A stretch of 64,000 nucleotides of DNA from Promethearchaeota archaeon Loki_b32 (GTDB lineage: Archaea > Asgardarchaeota > Lokiarchaeia > Sigyniarchaeales > SOKP01): assembly GCA_005223125.1 (NCBI GenBank), contig NJBH01000006.1:46316-110315 (forward strand), written 5' to 3'. Shown here piece by piece: positions 19,075 through 28,712 of the stretch. Position numbers and translations under genes: made by a program. Under the pieces are notes generated by a model that saw only the letters and a program-made list of their open reading frames with translations, did not search any database and was not told the DNA's origin. Each line of letters opens with the position of its first letter. Position 1 is the stretch's first letter.

Positions 19075-20724
19075 TTATTTAGAGATTTTAATTTCTGGAA
19101 TTTCTACGATGAAATTACTTCCTTTAGTATAATCATTTTCTAAACGATTTTCAACCCAAATTTTACCATGATAACTTTCAATAATCTTTTTCACAAGTGA
19201 TAAGCCAATCCCCATTCCTCTTATATTATTATCTTTATTGTGTCCCTTTTGAAAAATGGATTTCTTTTTTTTGTCAATAATACCAAAACCATTATCTTTG
19301 AATTCCATTTTAACATAATTTTTCTTATCAAGAAGGGCTTTAGTAATATCAACTTGGATTTTAACAGACTCATTTTGGTTATATTTTATTGCATTATGTA
19401 AGATATTTTCAAACACATCTAATAGAAATTCATTAGCATCGACGTATAATTCATTATTAACTTTTTTGATTTGGATATCTAATTTCTTTTCTTGAGCACT
19501 TTTATTCGCAAATTGTATTGCTTCATCTAAAATCCCATTAATCTCAACTGGTTTTAATGAAATTTCTGATTCTTCAAGTTTAGAAAGTTTGCGTACATTA
19601 TTAATTAATTTGACCCCTCTATCAATTTGATTATCAATTATTTGAAAAAATTCGTCTAAATTATCAAAACTTTCTGATTTTTCTTTCAATATTGAGATTA
19701 ATTCTGCTGAGGATTTAATATTATGAAAAATATTGTTTATATCATGCGTAAAAATATCTTTAAAGAATTCTGCTCTCTCATATGCCTCTCGATATCTATT
19801 TTCAGATTTTCTTAATTCTTGTTCAGCATGTTGATGTTCAGTAATATCTTTAAAGCTCCACACACGTCCTACTCTCTCTTCATCTTGGATTAATGGACAA
19901 GAATATTGTTCGAATATTCTTCCATCCTTAAAAAAAATCATATCATAACCATCCTTGGATGATTTTTCAAGATTTCTAAGTTTTAATAAGAATTTATCTG
20001 GATCATTAAGTTGATCCAAGATATAATTTAATAACTTAGTGAAATCTTTCTGATCAATGACTTCATCTGGAATACGCCACATATAAATGAACCTTTCATT
20101 TAAATGCGTAATAACATTATTTATATCAACAACAAGAATTCCATCTGCTGTCGCTTCGAATGTGGCTCTTAATAATTCTTGACTCTCCTTTAATGCTTTT
20201 TCAGCATTTAATAGTTCAATAGTATCACCTAAGCTTTGACCAAATATCCGCAAAATCACAAAATCCTTACCTTTCCATTGAATTTTCTCTTTAATTTTAC
20301 TAAAACACACAAATCCAGTTATCGCTCTGCTAATATAGATGGGAAAAGCTAAAAAAGATTGGATACTTTGTATTTCCATAAATTTCTTTACTGATTGAGC
20401 TCCATTTGGTAAATTAGAAACATCTCGAATATTAATAAAACTAATTTTCTTAACTTGATTTATCCACCAGGAAATTATTCTAATATCTACTTTTTGAAGA
20501 TTTTTAAGTTGGGAATTAATCCCTTCTGAACACCATTCATGGGTATTTCCAAAAAATTTTTTGTTATCATCAAAAAGAAAAAGAGTAACTCGATCTGCTT
20601 TTGATACAATTCCCATGTCTTCAAAGGATGAATTAATCGCTTCATCAAGATTTACTCTACCTACAAATCGAGAAGAGATACTTGAAATTACTTTTTCAAA
20701 ATTTAATCTACTTTCAAGCGACAC
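19075..20724 (-). CDS. cytoplasmic sensor histidine kinase (GAF-PAS-HisKA-HATPase)
   Basis: H-box FTHDINNIFHNI; N/G boxes NILHNAIKYN and GMGIGLSLVKKI; PAS-like ADGILVVD...RVWSFKDITEH. Confidence 0.8.
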   Translation of the reverse strand: MSLESRLNFEKVISSISSRFVGRVNLDEAINSSFEDMGIVSKADRVTLFLFDDNKKFFGNTHEWCSEGINSQLKNLQKVDIRIISWWINQVKKISFINIRDVSNLPNGAQSVKKFMEIQSIQSFLAFPIYISRAITGFVCFSKIKEKIQWKGKDFVILRIFGQSLGDTIELLNAEKALKESQELLRATFEATADGILVVDINNVITHLNERFIYMWRIPDEVIDQKDFTKLLNYILDQLNDPDKFLLKLRNLEKSSKDGYDMIFFKDGRIFEQYSCPLIQDEERVGRVWSFKDITEHQHAEQELRKSENRYREAYERAEFFKDIFTHDINNIFHNIKSSAELISILKEKSESFDNLDEFFQIIDNQIDRGVKLINNVRKLSKLEESEISLKPVEINGILDEAIQFANKSAQEKKLDIQIKKVNNELYVDANEFLLDVFENILHNAIKYNQNESVKIQVDITKALLDKKNYVKMEFKDNGFGIIDKKKKSIFQKGHNKDNNIRGMGIGLSLVKKIIESYHGKIWVENRLENDYTKGSNFIVEIPEIKISK

Positions 20725-20933
20725 TGAAATGCTCCTTAATGAAAAGAACTGAAATTAAATCCCTTATGTTATTTAAATATAATAGAGAAAGCTGAATCTA
20801 CAAATATGATAAATTAGATATTTTTAAATTTATGGAAAGGGAAAAAGCAGATCTCTATGTGTAAAATAACTGCTAAATTCCAAATTTGTGTTTCAATTTA
20901 TGAAATTTATAAAATTTAGTACTTTTAATATAT

Positions 20934-22094
20934 TTGATTGATTTGGAATGCAACAATATTACATTTGAAAAAGAATCTGAAAAGAATCATAAAAAATTTA
21001 CTTTAAGAGAATTTGGAGGAGCCTTTGGAGATTGGGGTACATTAGTACCATTTATAATTGGATATATATCAATAGTAGGTTTAAATCCCGCAGGAATTTT
21101 CCTTACACTAGGAATAACAAATATCATTTTAGGGATAAAATTTAATCTTCCGCTTCCTGTACAACCACAGAAGACGATTGGTACAGTGGCTATATCAAAA
21201 GGATGGGATCCTAATATGGTTATTTCCACCGGTTTTGGAACGGGGGTCGTATGGTTTCTACTTGGCTTCTCAAAAAAGCTTAATAAAATCGTAAGTAAAG
21301 TTCCAATTGTAGCAGTAAGAGGAATCCAACTTGGTTTAGCATTAATATTAGGCTGGACAGGATTAAAGTTATTTAGTGAAAATTTATTTCTTGGTTTTAT
21401 ATCGATTGCAATCATCTTAATTTTAATAAAGAATAAGCCGATCCCTTCAGCTATTATTCTTACTTTTGGGGGGATTTTAATCATGTTTTTTACACAGACC
21501 ATTTTTATTTCAGAATTAGAATTTGGTTTTCCATTATTAACGTTTCAAATACCTACATGGGATAATTTTTTACTTGGAATGGTGTACGCGGGGTTTGCAC
21601 AATTATTTTTAACTTTAACAAATGTTATGGTTGCTACTGTTGTTTTAATTAAAGAGTTGTTTCCTGATAGGGAAGGGATAGACGCTAATACTTTAGCTTT
21701 CAATATGGGCGCTATGAATTTAATTAATCCTTTTTTGGTGGGAATGCCATTATGCCATGGATCAGGAGGATTAATGGCACAATATGCTTTTGGAGCTAGA
21801 ACGGGAGGTTCCATGATAATGGAGGGCGTAATGGAATTGATTCTCGGATTATTTTTTTCTGAAGCTTTACTTATACTTTTTACAGAGTTTCCTATGGCTA
21901 TTTTAGGTGCTATGCTTATTTATACCGCCTTTTTATTAGGAAAAATTGCACTCAGCGATTTTAATATAAAAGTATTCCCAATAATCTTAACCTCTGCAAT
22001 TATTTGCTTTTCTATTAATATTGCAATTGGTTTTCTGATTGGATTAATAATTTATTTATTTTTTACTAAAGTAATTGAAAAAACTGATAGTTAA
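20934..22094 (+). CDS. sulfate/molybdate-transporter-like membrane protein (MOT/SulP-related); TTG start
   Basis: Polytopic; N-terminal LREFGGAFGDWGTLVPFIIGY resembles the putative sulfate/molybdate transporter family, from memory. Confidence 0.5.
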   Translation: MIDLECNNITFEKESEKNHKKFTLREFGGAFGDWGTLVPFIIGYISIVGLNPAGIFLTLGITNIILGIKFNLPLPVQPQKTIGTVAISKGWDPNMVISTGFGTGVVWFLLGFSKKLNKIVSKVPIVAVRGIQLGLALILGWTGLKLFSENLFLGFISIAIILILIKNKPIPSAIILTFGGILIMFFTQTIFISELEFGFPLLTFQIPTWDNFLLGMVYAGFAQLFLTLTNVMVATVVLIKELFPDREGIDANTLAFNMGAMNLINPFLVGMPLCHGSGGLMAQYAFGARTGGSMIMEGVMELILGLFFSEALLILFTEFPMAILGAMLIYTAFLLGKIALSDFNIKVFPIILTSAIICFSINIAIGFLIGLIIYLFFTKVIEKTDS

Positions 22095-22234
22095 GCTTTA
22101 AATTAATCTTTTGAAATATTAGTATAATTTTATAAGATTTTATTCAAAAACGATTCATAACTAATTTTTTTTATATTTTAAACAAAAAATTATTTTAAGT
22201 GTGAAAGCAAATATTCATAATAGATTGAATTGTA

Positions 22235-22939
22235 ATGGGTGATTTTATGTTATTTTCACAAAATGAAATGGATAATGTCAAAAGAGAAATGGCTAAGTTA
22301 AAGGATAATGTTGTTTTAAAGCTATTTACTGATTTCAAAACCCAAGAAGATGGAACAAAACTAAGAAAATGCATGGCATGTGAGGGTACGTATGAGTTAT
22401 TAAAAACTTTAGAAGAACTTTCTAATGGAAAATTAAAAATTGATGAAATATCTATTGAAGAAAATGAAGAAGAAGCAAAAAAATTCAATGTTACTAAAAT
22501 TCCAGCCATATTGTTTGTAGATCAAAATGATAAAGAAATAATCCGATATTTAGCACATCCAACTGGATCTGAATTTGTACCTTTTCTTAATAGTATTCAA
22601 TATTTTTCAGGAGTAAGACCTTACTATGCGGATCAAATCCTTACTCATCTTAAAAAGATAGATAAGTCAAAAATGAAAATTTTTATAACTCCGACATGCC
22701 CTTACTGTCCGGCCACAGTTCCTGTTTTAACCCTCTTTGCTATCGTTTCTAAGGGAAAAGTTACGGCGGAAGTGATTGATGTTAACTTGAACCCGGATTT
22801 AGGAATGAAATATCAAGTACAAGGAGTACCTCATACAGTTGTCAATGAGAAAGACCACATATATGGAATGTTTAGTCCCCAAGATTTATTAGATAAATTA
22901 ACTAAGGGACAGAGAGATTTTGGTGGAATGTATGCATAG
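22235..22939 (+). CDS. protein disulfide oxidoreductase (PDO, double thioredoxin-fold)
   Basis: Two units with CMACEG and CPYCP redox motifs; paralog of the next gene; start uncertain (ATGs at 22235, 22247, 22268). Confidence 0.75.
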   Translation: MGDFMLFSQNEMDNVKREMAKLKDNVVLKLFTDFKTQEDGTKLRKCMACEGTYELLKTLEELSNGKLKIDEISIEENEEEAKKFNVTKIPAILFVDQNDKEIIRYLAHPTGSEFVPFLNSIQYFSGVRPYYADQILTHLKKIDKSKMKIFITPTCPYCPATVPVLTLFAIVSKGKVTAEVIDVNLNPDLGMKYQVQGVPHTVVNEKDHIYGMFSPQDLLDKLTKGQRDFGGMYA

Positions 22940-22943
22940 GAAA

Positions 22944-22949
22944 GGTGAT
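22944..22949 (+). promoter_or_regulatory. Shine-Dalgarno-like GGTGAT 8 nt upstream of the PDO-2 ATG
   Basis: aaaGGTGATtcataaaaATG. Confidence 0.5.
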
Positions 22950-22957
22950 TCATAAAA

Positions 22958-23641
22958 ATGTCTTCAGACGATCGATATAAGGAAATAATTAGACGTGAAA
23001 TGTCTAAATTAAAAAAGCCTGTTAAACTGAAGGTTTTTACTTCACAAAGAATAGGACCAAATGGAACTCAAATAAGAGCTTGTATGGATTGTGGTGAATT
23101 TATGGCTTTATTAAGGATTTATGAAGAAAATTCAAACGGTATGCTGACAATTGAAGAACTTTCAATAGATGATAACCCAGAATTCGCAAAAAAGTTTGAC
23201 ATTAATCGAGTCCCAACAATACTTTTTATAGATGATAATGGTCGAGAGATAATCAGATATTTAGCAGCTCCAAAAGGGGGAGAGATCCAACCTTTCATCC
23301 AGGCTATATTTAACTTTGCAGGAACTCCCAATTATTATGAGGCTACAATAAAAAAAAATCTAGATAGGATACAACCATCTACTATTAAGGTAATGATGAC
23401 AGAGACGTGCCCCTATTGTCCTCAAGTAATTGCTATAAGTAATTCCTTCGCAATTGCTTCTGAGGGGAAGATTAGAACCGTAATTATCGATATCGCGGCA
23501 AATCCTGATATAGGTCAATATTATGATGCTGCTGGTGTTCCATATACTATTATTAATGATCAAAAGACTTTAGTGGGAATGGTTGGGCCAAATGAAATTT
23601 TAAGCGCCTTGATTGGAGGGAATATTCGTGTTCAATATTGA
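22958..23641 (+). CDS. protein disulfide oxidoreductase (PDO) paralog
   Basis: CMDCGE and CPYCP motifs; collinear similarity to 22235..22939. Confidence 0.75.
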   Translation: MSSDDRYKEIIRREMSKLKKPVKLKVFTSQRIGPNGTQIRACMDCGEFMALLRIYEENSNGMLTIEELSIDDNPEFAKKFDINRVPTILFIDDNGREIIRYLAAPKGGEIQPFIQAIFNFAGTPNYYEATIKKNLDRIQPSTIKVMMTETCPYCPQVIAISNSFAIASEGKIRTVIIDIAANPDIGQYYDAAGVPYTIINDQKTLVGMVGPNEILSALIGGNIRVQY

Positions 23642-23642
23642 T

Positions 23643-24572
23643 ATGGAAGCTATAGATTTCGAAAAAACTTATGATCTAATTGTATTAGGGGGTGGACCCA
23701 CTGCGATTGGATGTGCCATTTATGCTGCTCGATTCGCGATGGATGTACTGGTTGTTGGAAAAACTTTTGGTGGATTGATAGCGACTACTCATATTGTTGA
23801 AAATTATCCTGCAATTACATCCATAAGTGGTCAAGGATTAATGGATATGTTTAAAGATCATATGGACTCACTTAGTATCCCATATATATCAGATCAGATA
23901 CGCAGTATTGATAAAGTTGATGATTATTTTGAACTTCGTTCCTTCTTTCAGAAATTTAAAGCACATTCAATTTGCATAGCAACTGGTTCAGAAAGACGGA
24001 AATTAGGTATACCTGGAGAAGAGGAATATACTGGTCGAGGTGTTTCATATTGTGCCACTTGTGATGGTCCCTTTTACAAAAATAAAGTAGTATGTGTAAT
24101 AGGAGGAAGTGATTCTGCTGCTAAAGAAGCGCTGTTTTTAGCACAAAACACCAAAAAAGTATATATTATTTATCGGGGAGAAGATATTAGAGCTGAACCT
24201 ATAAACAAAAAACGTGTATTTGAAAATGAAAAAATAGAAATTATCTACAAAACTAATGTTGTTGAAATAAAAGGGGAAGGGAATGTAAAATCTGTAGTTT
24301 TTGATAATGATATCGAACTCGTTGTTGATGGTGTGTTTGTTGAGATTGGTTCAATTCCTAATTCTGATTTAGCAAAACGTATTGGTGTAGAAACAAATGA
24401 AAAAGGAGAAATTAAAATAAATCGTAAGTCAGAAACAAATATTACTGGTATTTTTGCTGCAGGAGATGTTGCTGATGCCCCTTTTAAGCAAGCAATTACA
24501 GGAGTTTCTGAAGGAGTAATAGCTGCATACTCTGCTTTTGATTATGTTAAAGAAATGAATATAGAATATTAG
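23643..24572 (+). CDS. trxB: thioredoxin reductase
   Basis: GGGPTAIGCAIYAAR, redox CATCDG, GGSDSAAKEA, AAGDV. I chose the ATG at 23643, 1 nt after the PDO-2 TGA, over the overlapping TTG at 23613 in the ORF track. Confidence 0.85.
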   Translation: MEAIDFEKTYDLIVLGGGPTAIGCAIYAARFAMDVLVVGKTFGGLIATTHIVENYPAITSISGQGLMDMFKDHMDSLSIPYISDQIRSIDKVDDYFELRSFFQKFKAHSICIATGSERRKLGIPGEEEYTGRGVSYCATCDGPFYKNKVVCVIGGSDSAAKEALFLAQNTKKVYIIYRGEDIRAEPINKKRVFENEKIEIIYKTNVVEIKGEGNVKSVVFDNDIELVVDGVFVEIGSIPNSDLAKRIGVETNEKGEIKINRKSETNITGIFAAGDVADAPFKQAITGVSEGVIAAYSAFDYVKEMNIEY

Positions 24573-24632
24573 TAGTATTTTTTTCTTTTGATTTTTAGTT
24601 AAACTTTAAAAAAGAGTGAAAAAAAAGGAAAT

Positions 24633-24947
24633 TTATTCAATATTTATTTCAATACTATGAAATTCGGGCTCTTTGAACGGTACTTCAATCTTTAAAAGTC
24701 CATTTTTATAAATTGCTTTTGTTTCTTCTGGTTTAATTAGACAGCAAACACCATAGGAACCTATATAAACAGTGTCTTCAGTTTCTCCTTTAATGAAAAA
24801 ACTGTCATCATGCATTTTAAGCTTAATTGATTCTTTCTCTACTCCAGGCAGTTGTATTTCAATTTTATAAATGTTTTGTTCATCATCAGCCCAAGAACAC
24901 ACTTCTGGTGACATTAAATACTTTTCTTCTTCTTTTACTTCAGACAT
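24633..24947 (-). CDS. hsp20: Hsp20/alpha-crystallin small heat-shock protein
   Basis: alpha-crystallin domain YKIEIQLPGVEKESIKLKMHDDSFFIKGE...YKNGLLKIEVP; the internal ATG (MSEVKEEE) is preferred over the track's TTG at 25001. Confidence 0.8.
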   Translation of the reverse strand: MSEVKEEEKYLMSPEVCSWADDEQNIYKIEIQLPGVEKESIKLKMHDDSFFIKGETEDTVYIGSYGVCCLIKPEETKAIYKNGLLKIEVPFKEPEFHSIEINIE

Positions 24948-25130
24948 ATTTTTCACTTCAAAGTTAAAATTATATTTAGATTTAATTATTACTTCAACCA
25001 AAATAACCGATTTAAAAGTTCTTTCTATGGAATATTAAAGAAGGAGTGAATTTTCCTTAAAAATTAAATTGAAAATTTGTTTTTCCTTTAATTTAAAAAT
25101 TTTTAAAAAATATTGAATCGAGGGACGCTT

Positions 25131-26042
25131 TTATTGAGGATTAAGTGTAGGAGATCTAGCTGACATAAGTTCTAATATTTTCTCCCAATATTCTTTTATT
25201 TCCCAGTTTTGTTTTGTTTTTATTTTTTCAGAGACTTCCTTTAATAATTCCCTAATTTTAAGTGAATCAAAATAAGTTAAAATTGGGGCAATCACAGATA
25301 ACATATATTGTTTTTCTCCATATCTTTCATTTTTATCCGGAAATGAATCAAAAAATAGATAACCTTTTTTATCAATATTCTCAATATTAAGTAAAATACT
25401 TTGAGCTTTTGTGATTTTATCGTGTCCATAAATCGAAGTTGCAGCGTGGAACAATTGCTTGCCAATAGTGTTAATAGATAGGGTACAATTTTCTTCAGAG
25501 GGATAACTCTGTTTTAATATTGGTCCTGCAACATCATCCCAATATACCATTAATAAACATAATGATGGTTGATCTTTATTAATAATTGATGGATGCATTT
25601 CTATATTCAAGGATGAGAATATTTGTTTAATTTCCTCATCAATTTGATTGGATTTTTTATATCGAGCAATTTTACCAGAGATTGAAGCTAATAAATCTTC
25701 CTTTTTAAAAGGTTTTGTTATATAATCATCTACTCCTAACATTTTACCCAATCGAATATCTTCAGGAGTAGATTTTGCGGTTAGAAATAAGAAAGGAATA
25801 CGACTCAATTTTGAGTTAGATGAAACAGCAGCAAAAAACTCATAGCCATTCATGACTGGCATCATTATATCGCTTATTATTATATCAGGAACTTTCTCTA
25901 ATGTCAAAAGCATTTTAAGTGCTGTTTTACCACTAATTGCTGTGATTATATTGTAGTCACTTGCTTCAAGAATAAGTTTTAGATTAAATAAAATATCCTC
26001 GTTATCATCAACAACCATTAACAAGGGCTTTGAATCTGACAT
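25131..26042 (-). CDS. response regulator: receiver domain plus an uncharacterised ~160-aa C-terminal domain
   Basis: VVDDNEDI, phospho-acceptor context IIISDIMMP, LTAKS, ITKPF; the C-terminal half has no HTH or enzymatic motif. Confidence 0.8.
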   Translation of the reverse strand: MSDSKPLLMVVDDNEDILFNLKLILEASDYNIITAISGKTALKMLLTLEKVPDIIISDIMMPVMNGYEFFAAVSSNSKLSRIPFLFLTAKSTPEDIRLGKMLGVDDYITKPFKKEDLLASISGKIARYKKSNQIDEEIKQIFSSLNIEMHPSIINKDQPSLCLLMVYWDDVAGPILKQSYPSEENCTLSINTIGKQLFHAATSIYGHDKITKAQSILLNIENIDKKGYLFFDSFPDKNERYGEKQYMLSVIAPILTYFDSLKIRELLKEVSEKIKTKQNWEIKEYWEKILELMSARSPTLNPQ

Positions 26043-26115
26043 AGGGGAATTTCATCTATATTACTGATATCAATAATATTGATCCAATCAATATTTATAA
26101 TTTTTTTAGATCAAT

Positions 26116-28638
26116 TTAGTATGGTAGAAATAGATGAAATGTCGTTCCTTTCCCTAATTCACTCTCCACAATGATACTTCCTTTATGAGCATCAATTATA
26201 TCTTTTGCGATTGCTAATCCTAATCCTGTGCCAGCAATTTCAATTACATTGCTTGAACGGAAAAATCGTTCAAAAATGTGAGGTAAATCTTCCTTGGAGA
26301 TCCCACGACCACTATCTTTAAATTGTAAGAGAACTCCTGATTTTCCATTTAAATTATATTTACCCTGGTAATTATCAATAGATTTTATTTTTACTTTTGA
26401 ATATTCTTCTGAATATTTAATAGTATTATCGATAATAATTCGGAAAACTTGATCAATCCTTTTTGGATCCCCTCTTAAAAGAATGTTATCATCCACATTA
26501 ACTTCAAAATCTATATTCTTTTCCTGACCTATTGGTTCCATGAGATATAAGATTTCATTAATAATCTCTAAAGGTTTATATTCTTTCCATTCCAATTCTA
26601 ATCGATTTTCATCAATTCTTGAAATTGTTAATATATCCTCTGCTAAATCATTAAGTAGATGAATATTTTTTGAGATTCCATCCATTAATTTCTCTTCTAA
26701 ATCTTCGTTGAGAACATCTTTATGTTTAGTTAAATATTCCATCGACATTAATAAGACTGTAATTGGAGTCCGTAATTCATGTGAAACAGTTGAAATTAAT
26801 TGTGATAATCTCTCTTCTGCTCTTTTACGTTCTGTTATATCCAATCCATAAATATTTACATAATCCACATTTTTTACGGGAGTAACAACCAAAGTGTAAG
26901 TTCGACCATTTAAATTTACTTCAAGATCTATATTCACTTTTTTACTTAGAACTCTATTAATAGAGTCCTTTAATATTTTAGGGGTTGGACTTCCTTCTTC
27001 AATATTGAATAGCTCTCTACCCATTTTATTAGTGTAGATTACCAGTTTATTATTTATTCGCAAAACGGGGTTAGGATTTTCAGATGGGAACTTTGATAAA
27101 TTTCTAATTTTTTCTTCAGCTTTTTTTCTTTCAGTGATGTCTCTAAATGTCGATTGAAAAAATATCCTTCCAGATAATTTTATAACTTTTGCTGTTACAA
27201 AAACATCTATTATTTCTCCATTTTTTCTACGGAATTTTGTTTCAAAATCATCTCTACCTTCTCTCAATAATTTTTCTACATGAGCTTTTGTCTCTTCTGT
27301 GTTTTCTGTCATATCATAGTCATTTATTTGTAATTTTTGGAATTCATCACGCGAATATCCTAAAATATTACATACTACATCGTTAAATTCAACTGCTCTG
27401 AAAGTTTCAGGATCTAAAATAACAATACCATCAGGAAACTGTTCAAAAGTTGTACGATAACGAAGTTCAGCTTCTTGAAGTAGTGATTCAGATTTTATTT
27501 TCTCAGTAATATCTGTGGCAACACTAAGAAGAGCGGAATATTTTGCATCAACATCTTCTATTGGTTGTTCAACTATCCAATATGTCTTTCTACCAGCATG
27601 TAAATCAAAAGTTCGTTGATATGCTCGACTGGTCCCATTATTAATTGATTCACGATTACTAATTAAAAATTCATTAGCAATTTTTTCAGGGAACACATCA
27701 TGTAGAGTTTTTCCAATGAAATCTTCTGGATTTCCACCTAATTCCTCTGCAGCCTTTTTATTTACTAATAAATAGGTGCCTTTTTTATCAATCATTGTAA
27801 TACCTGCTCCAGAATGCTTAATAATATTTCTTAGTTCTAATTCACTTCTCTTGATTTTTCTAAATAATAGATCAAATGGTTCCTCGATTCCAATTTGAAT
27901 AATAGCTTTATATAAAAGGAAAAATGCGATTATTTTAAAGATATGTCCAATAAAATTAGGAAATTCATAAGCCCCGAAATAAAATGTGAACGCTAATTCG
28001 GCGATCATCGTTGCTATGATTGAGGTGATTATAAGATAGAAGACTTTTTTATCAAAATCCACTCTATTTTTAATAATAATCAAAAGACAAGTTAAAAGTA
28101 TGAAATTTATAACATATTCACTTACAATTTTAAACGACGTTAATCCAATACCATCAATATAACAAATTGGAAAAGAATTTGTAAAAATAAGTACTATTAA
28201 AATTATTGATATTATCAAATAAAAAATAGGAAGAAAAATTGATTTTACACTCCTTTTAATCATTAATGAAGCGAAGACACAAGATCCTGCTTGAAGATAT
28301 CTGGCTGCTATCCATAAAGATGTCGCAAGATTTGTCCCCCAATCCTCAAAAATCGGCAAACCAGGATAAGCAAGAGTATGAATTACGTCAATAATTCCGA
28401 TAAAAAGTGAGGATACTCCAAGAATTGAAAAAAAGGAATTTTTCATATATTTACGGGAGTTCCACCCAACTAAAAATACGCCTCCTGCAATTACAATACT
28501 AAATATCTCCGCGATACTATGAAATAGTAAGTAATCATAGAGACTTGTAAGGTAGACTAATAAGATTCCTATAAGAAGAACAGAAATTTCTATAATTTCT
28601 AGATTCAGTTTATGTGAAGATTTATGTTCTTTTGACAT
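26116..28638 (-). CDS. membrane sensor histidine kinase (multi-TM N-terminus, several PAS domains, HisKA, HATPase)
   Basis: ~250-aa polytopic N-terminus; three PAS-like blocks each ending in a DITE(R/K)K-type segment (TDITEKIK, RDITERKK, LDITERKR); H-box VSHELRTPIT; GTGLGLAIAKDI. Confidence 0.85.
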   Translation of the reverse strand: MSKEHKSSHKLNLEIIEISVLLIGILLVYLTSLYDYLLFHSIAEIFSIVIAGGVFLVGWNSRKYMKNSFFSILGVSSLFIGIIDVIHTLAYPGLPIFEDWGTNLATSLWIAARYLQAGSCVFASLMIKRSVKSIFLPIFYLIISIILIVLIFTNSFPICYIDGIGLTSFKIVSEYVINFILLTCLLIIIKNRVDFDKKVFYLIITSIIATMIAELAFTFYFGAYEFPNFIGHIFKIIAFFLLYKAIIQIGIEEPFDLLFRKIKRSELELRNIIKHSGAGITMIDKKGTYLLVNKKAAEELGGNPEDFIGKTLHDVFPEKIANEFLISNRESINNGTSRAYQRTFDLHAGRKTYWIVEQPIEDVDAKYSALLSVATDITEKIKSESLLQEAELRYRTTFEQFPDGIVILDPETFRAVEFNDVVCNILGYSRDEFQKLQINDYDMTENTEETKAHVEKLLREGRDDFETKFRRKNGEIIDVFVTAKVIKLSGRIFFQSTFRDITERKKAEEKIRNLSKFPSENPNPVLRINNKLVIYTNKMGRELFNIEEGSPTPKILKDSINRVLSKKVNIDLEVNLNGRTYTLVVTPVKNVDYVNIYGLDITERKRAEERLSQLISTVSHELRTPITVLLMSMEYLTKHKDVLNEDLEEKLMDGISKNIHLLNDLAEDILTISRIDENRLELEWKEYKPLEIINEILYLMEPIGQEKNIDFEVNVDDNILLRGDPKRIDQVFRIIIDNTIKYSEEYSKVKIKSIDNYQGKYNLNGKSGVLLQFKDSGRGISKEDLPHIFERFFRSSNVIEIAGTGLGLAIAKDIIDAHKGSIIVESELGKGTTFHLFLPY

Positions 28639-28712
28639 TATTTAAATATCTTTTCTATTATATTTTTAAATTTCCAACCTATTTAAAATTGAAACTAACT
28701 TACCAAAATTAT

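Noticed and set aside
20987-21502. 171-aa minus-strand ORF (also 21545..21814)
   Set aside because: Antisense to the polytopic transporter gene, with no motifs. Shadow ORF.
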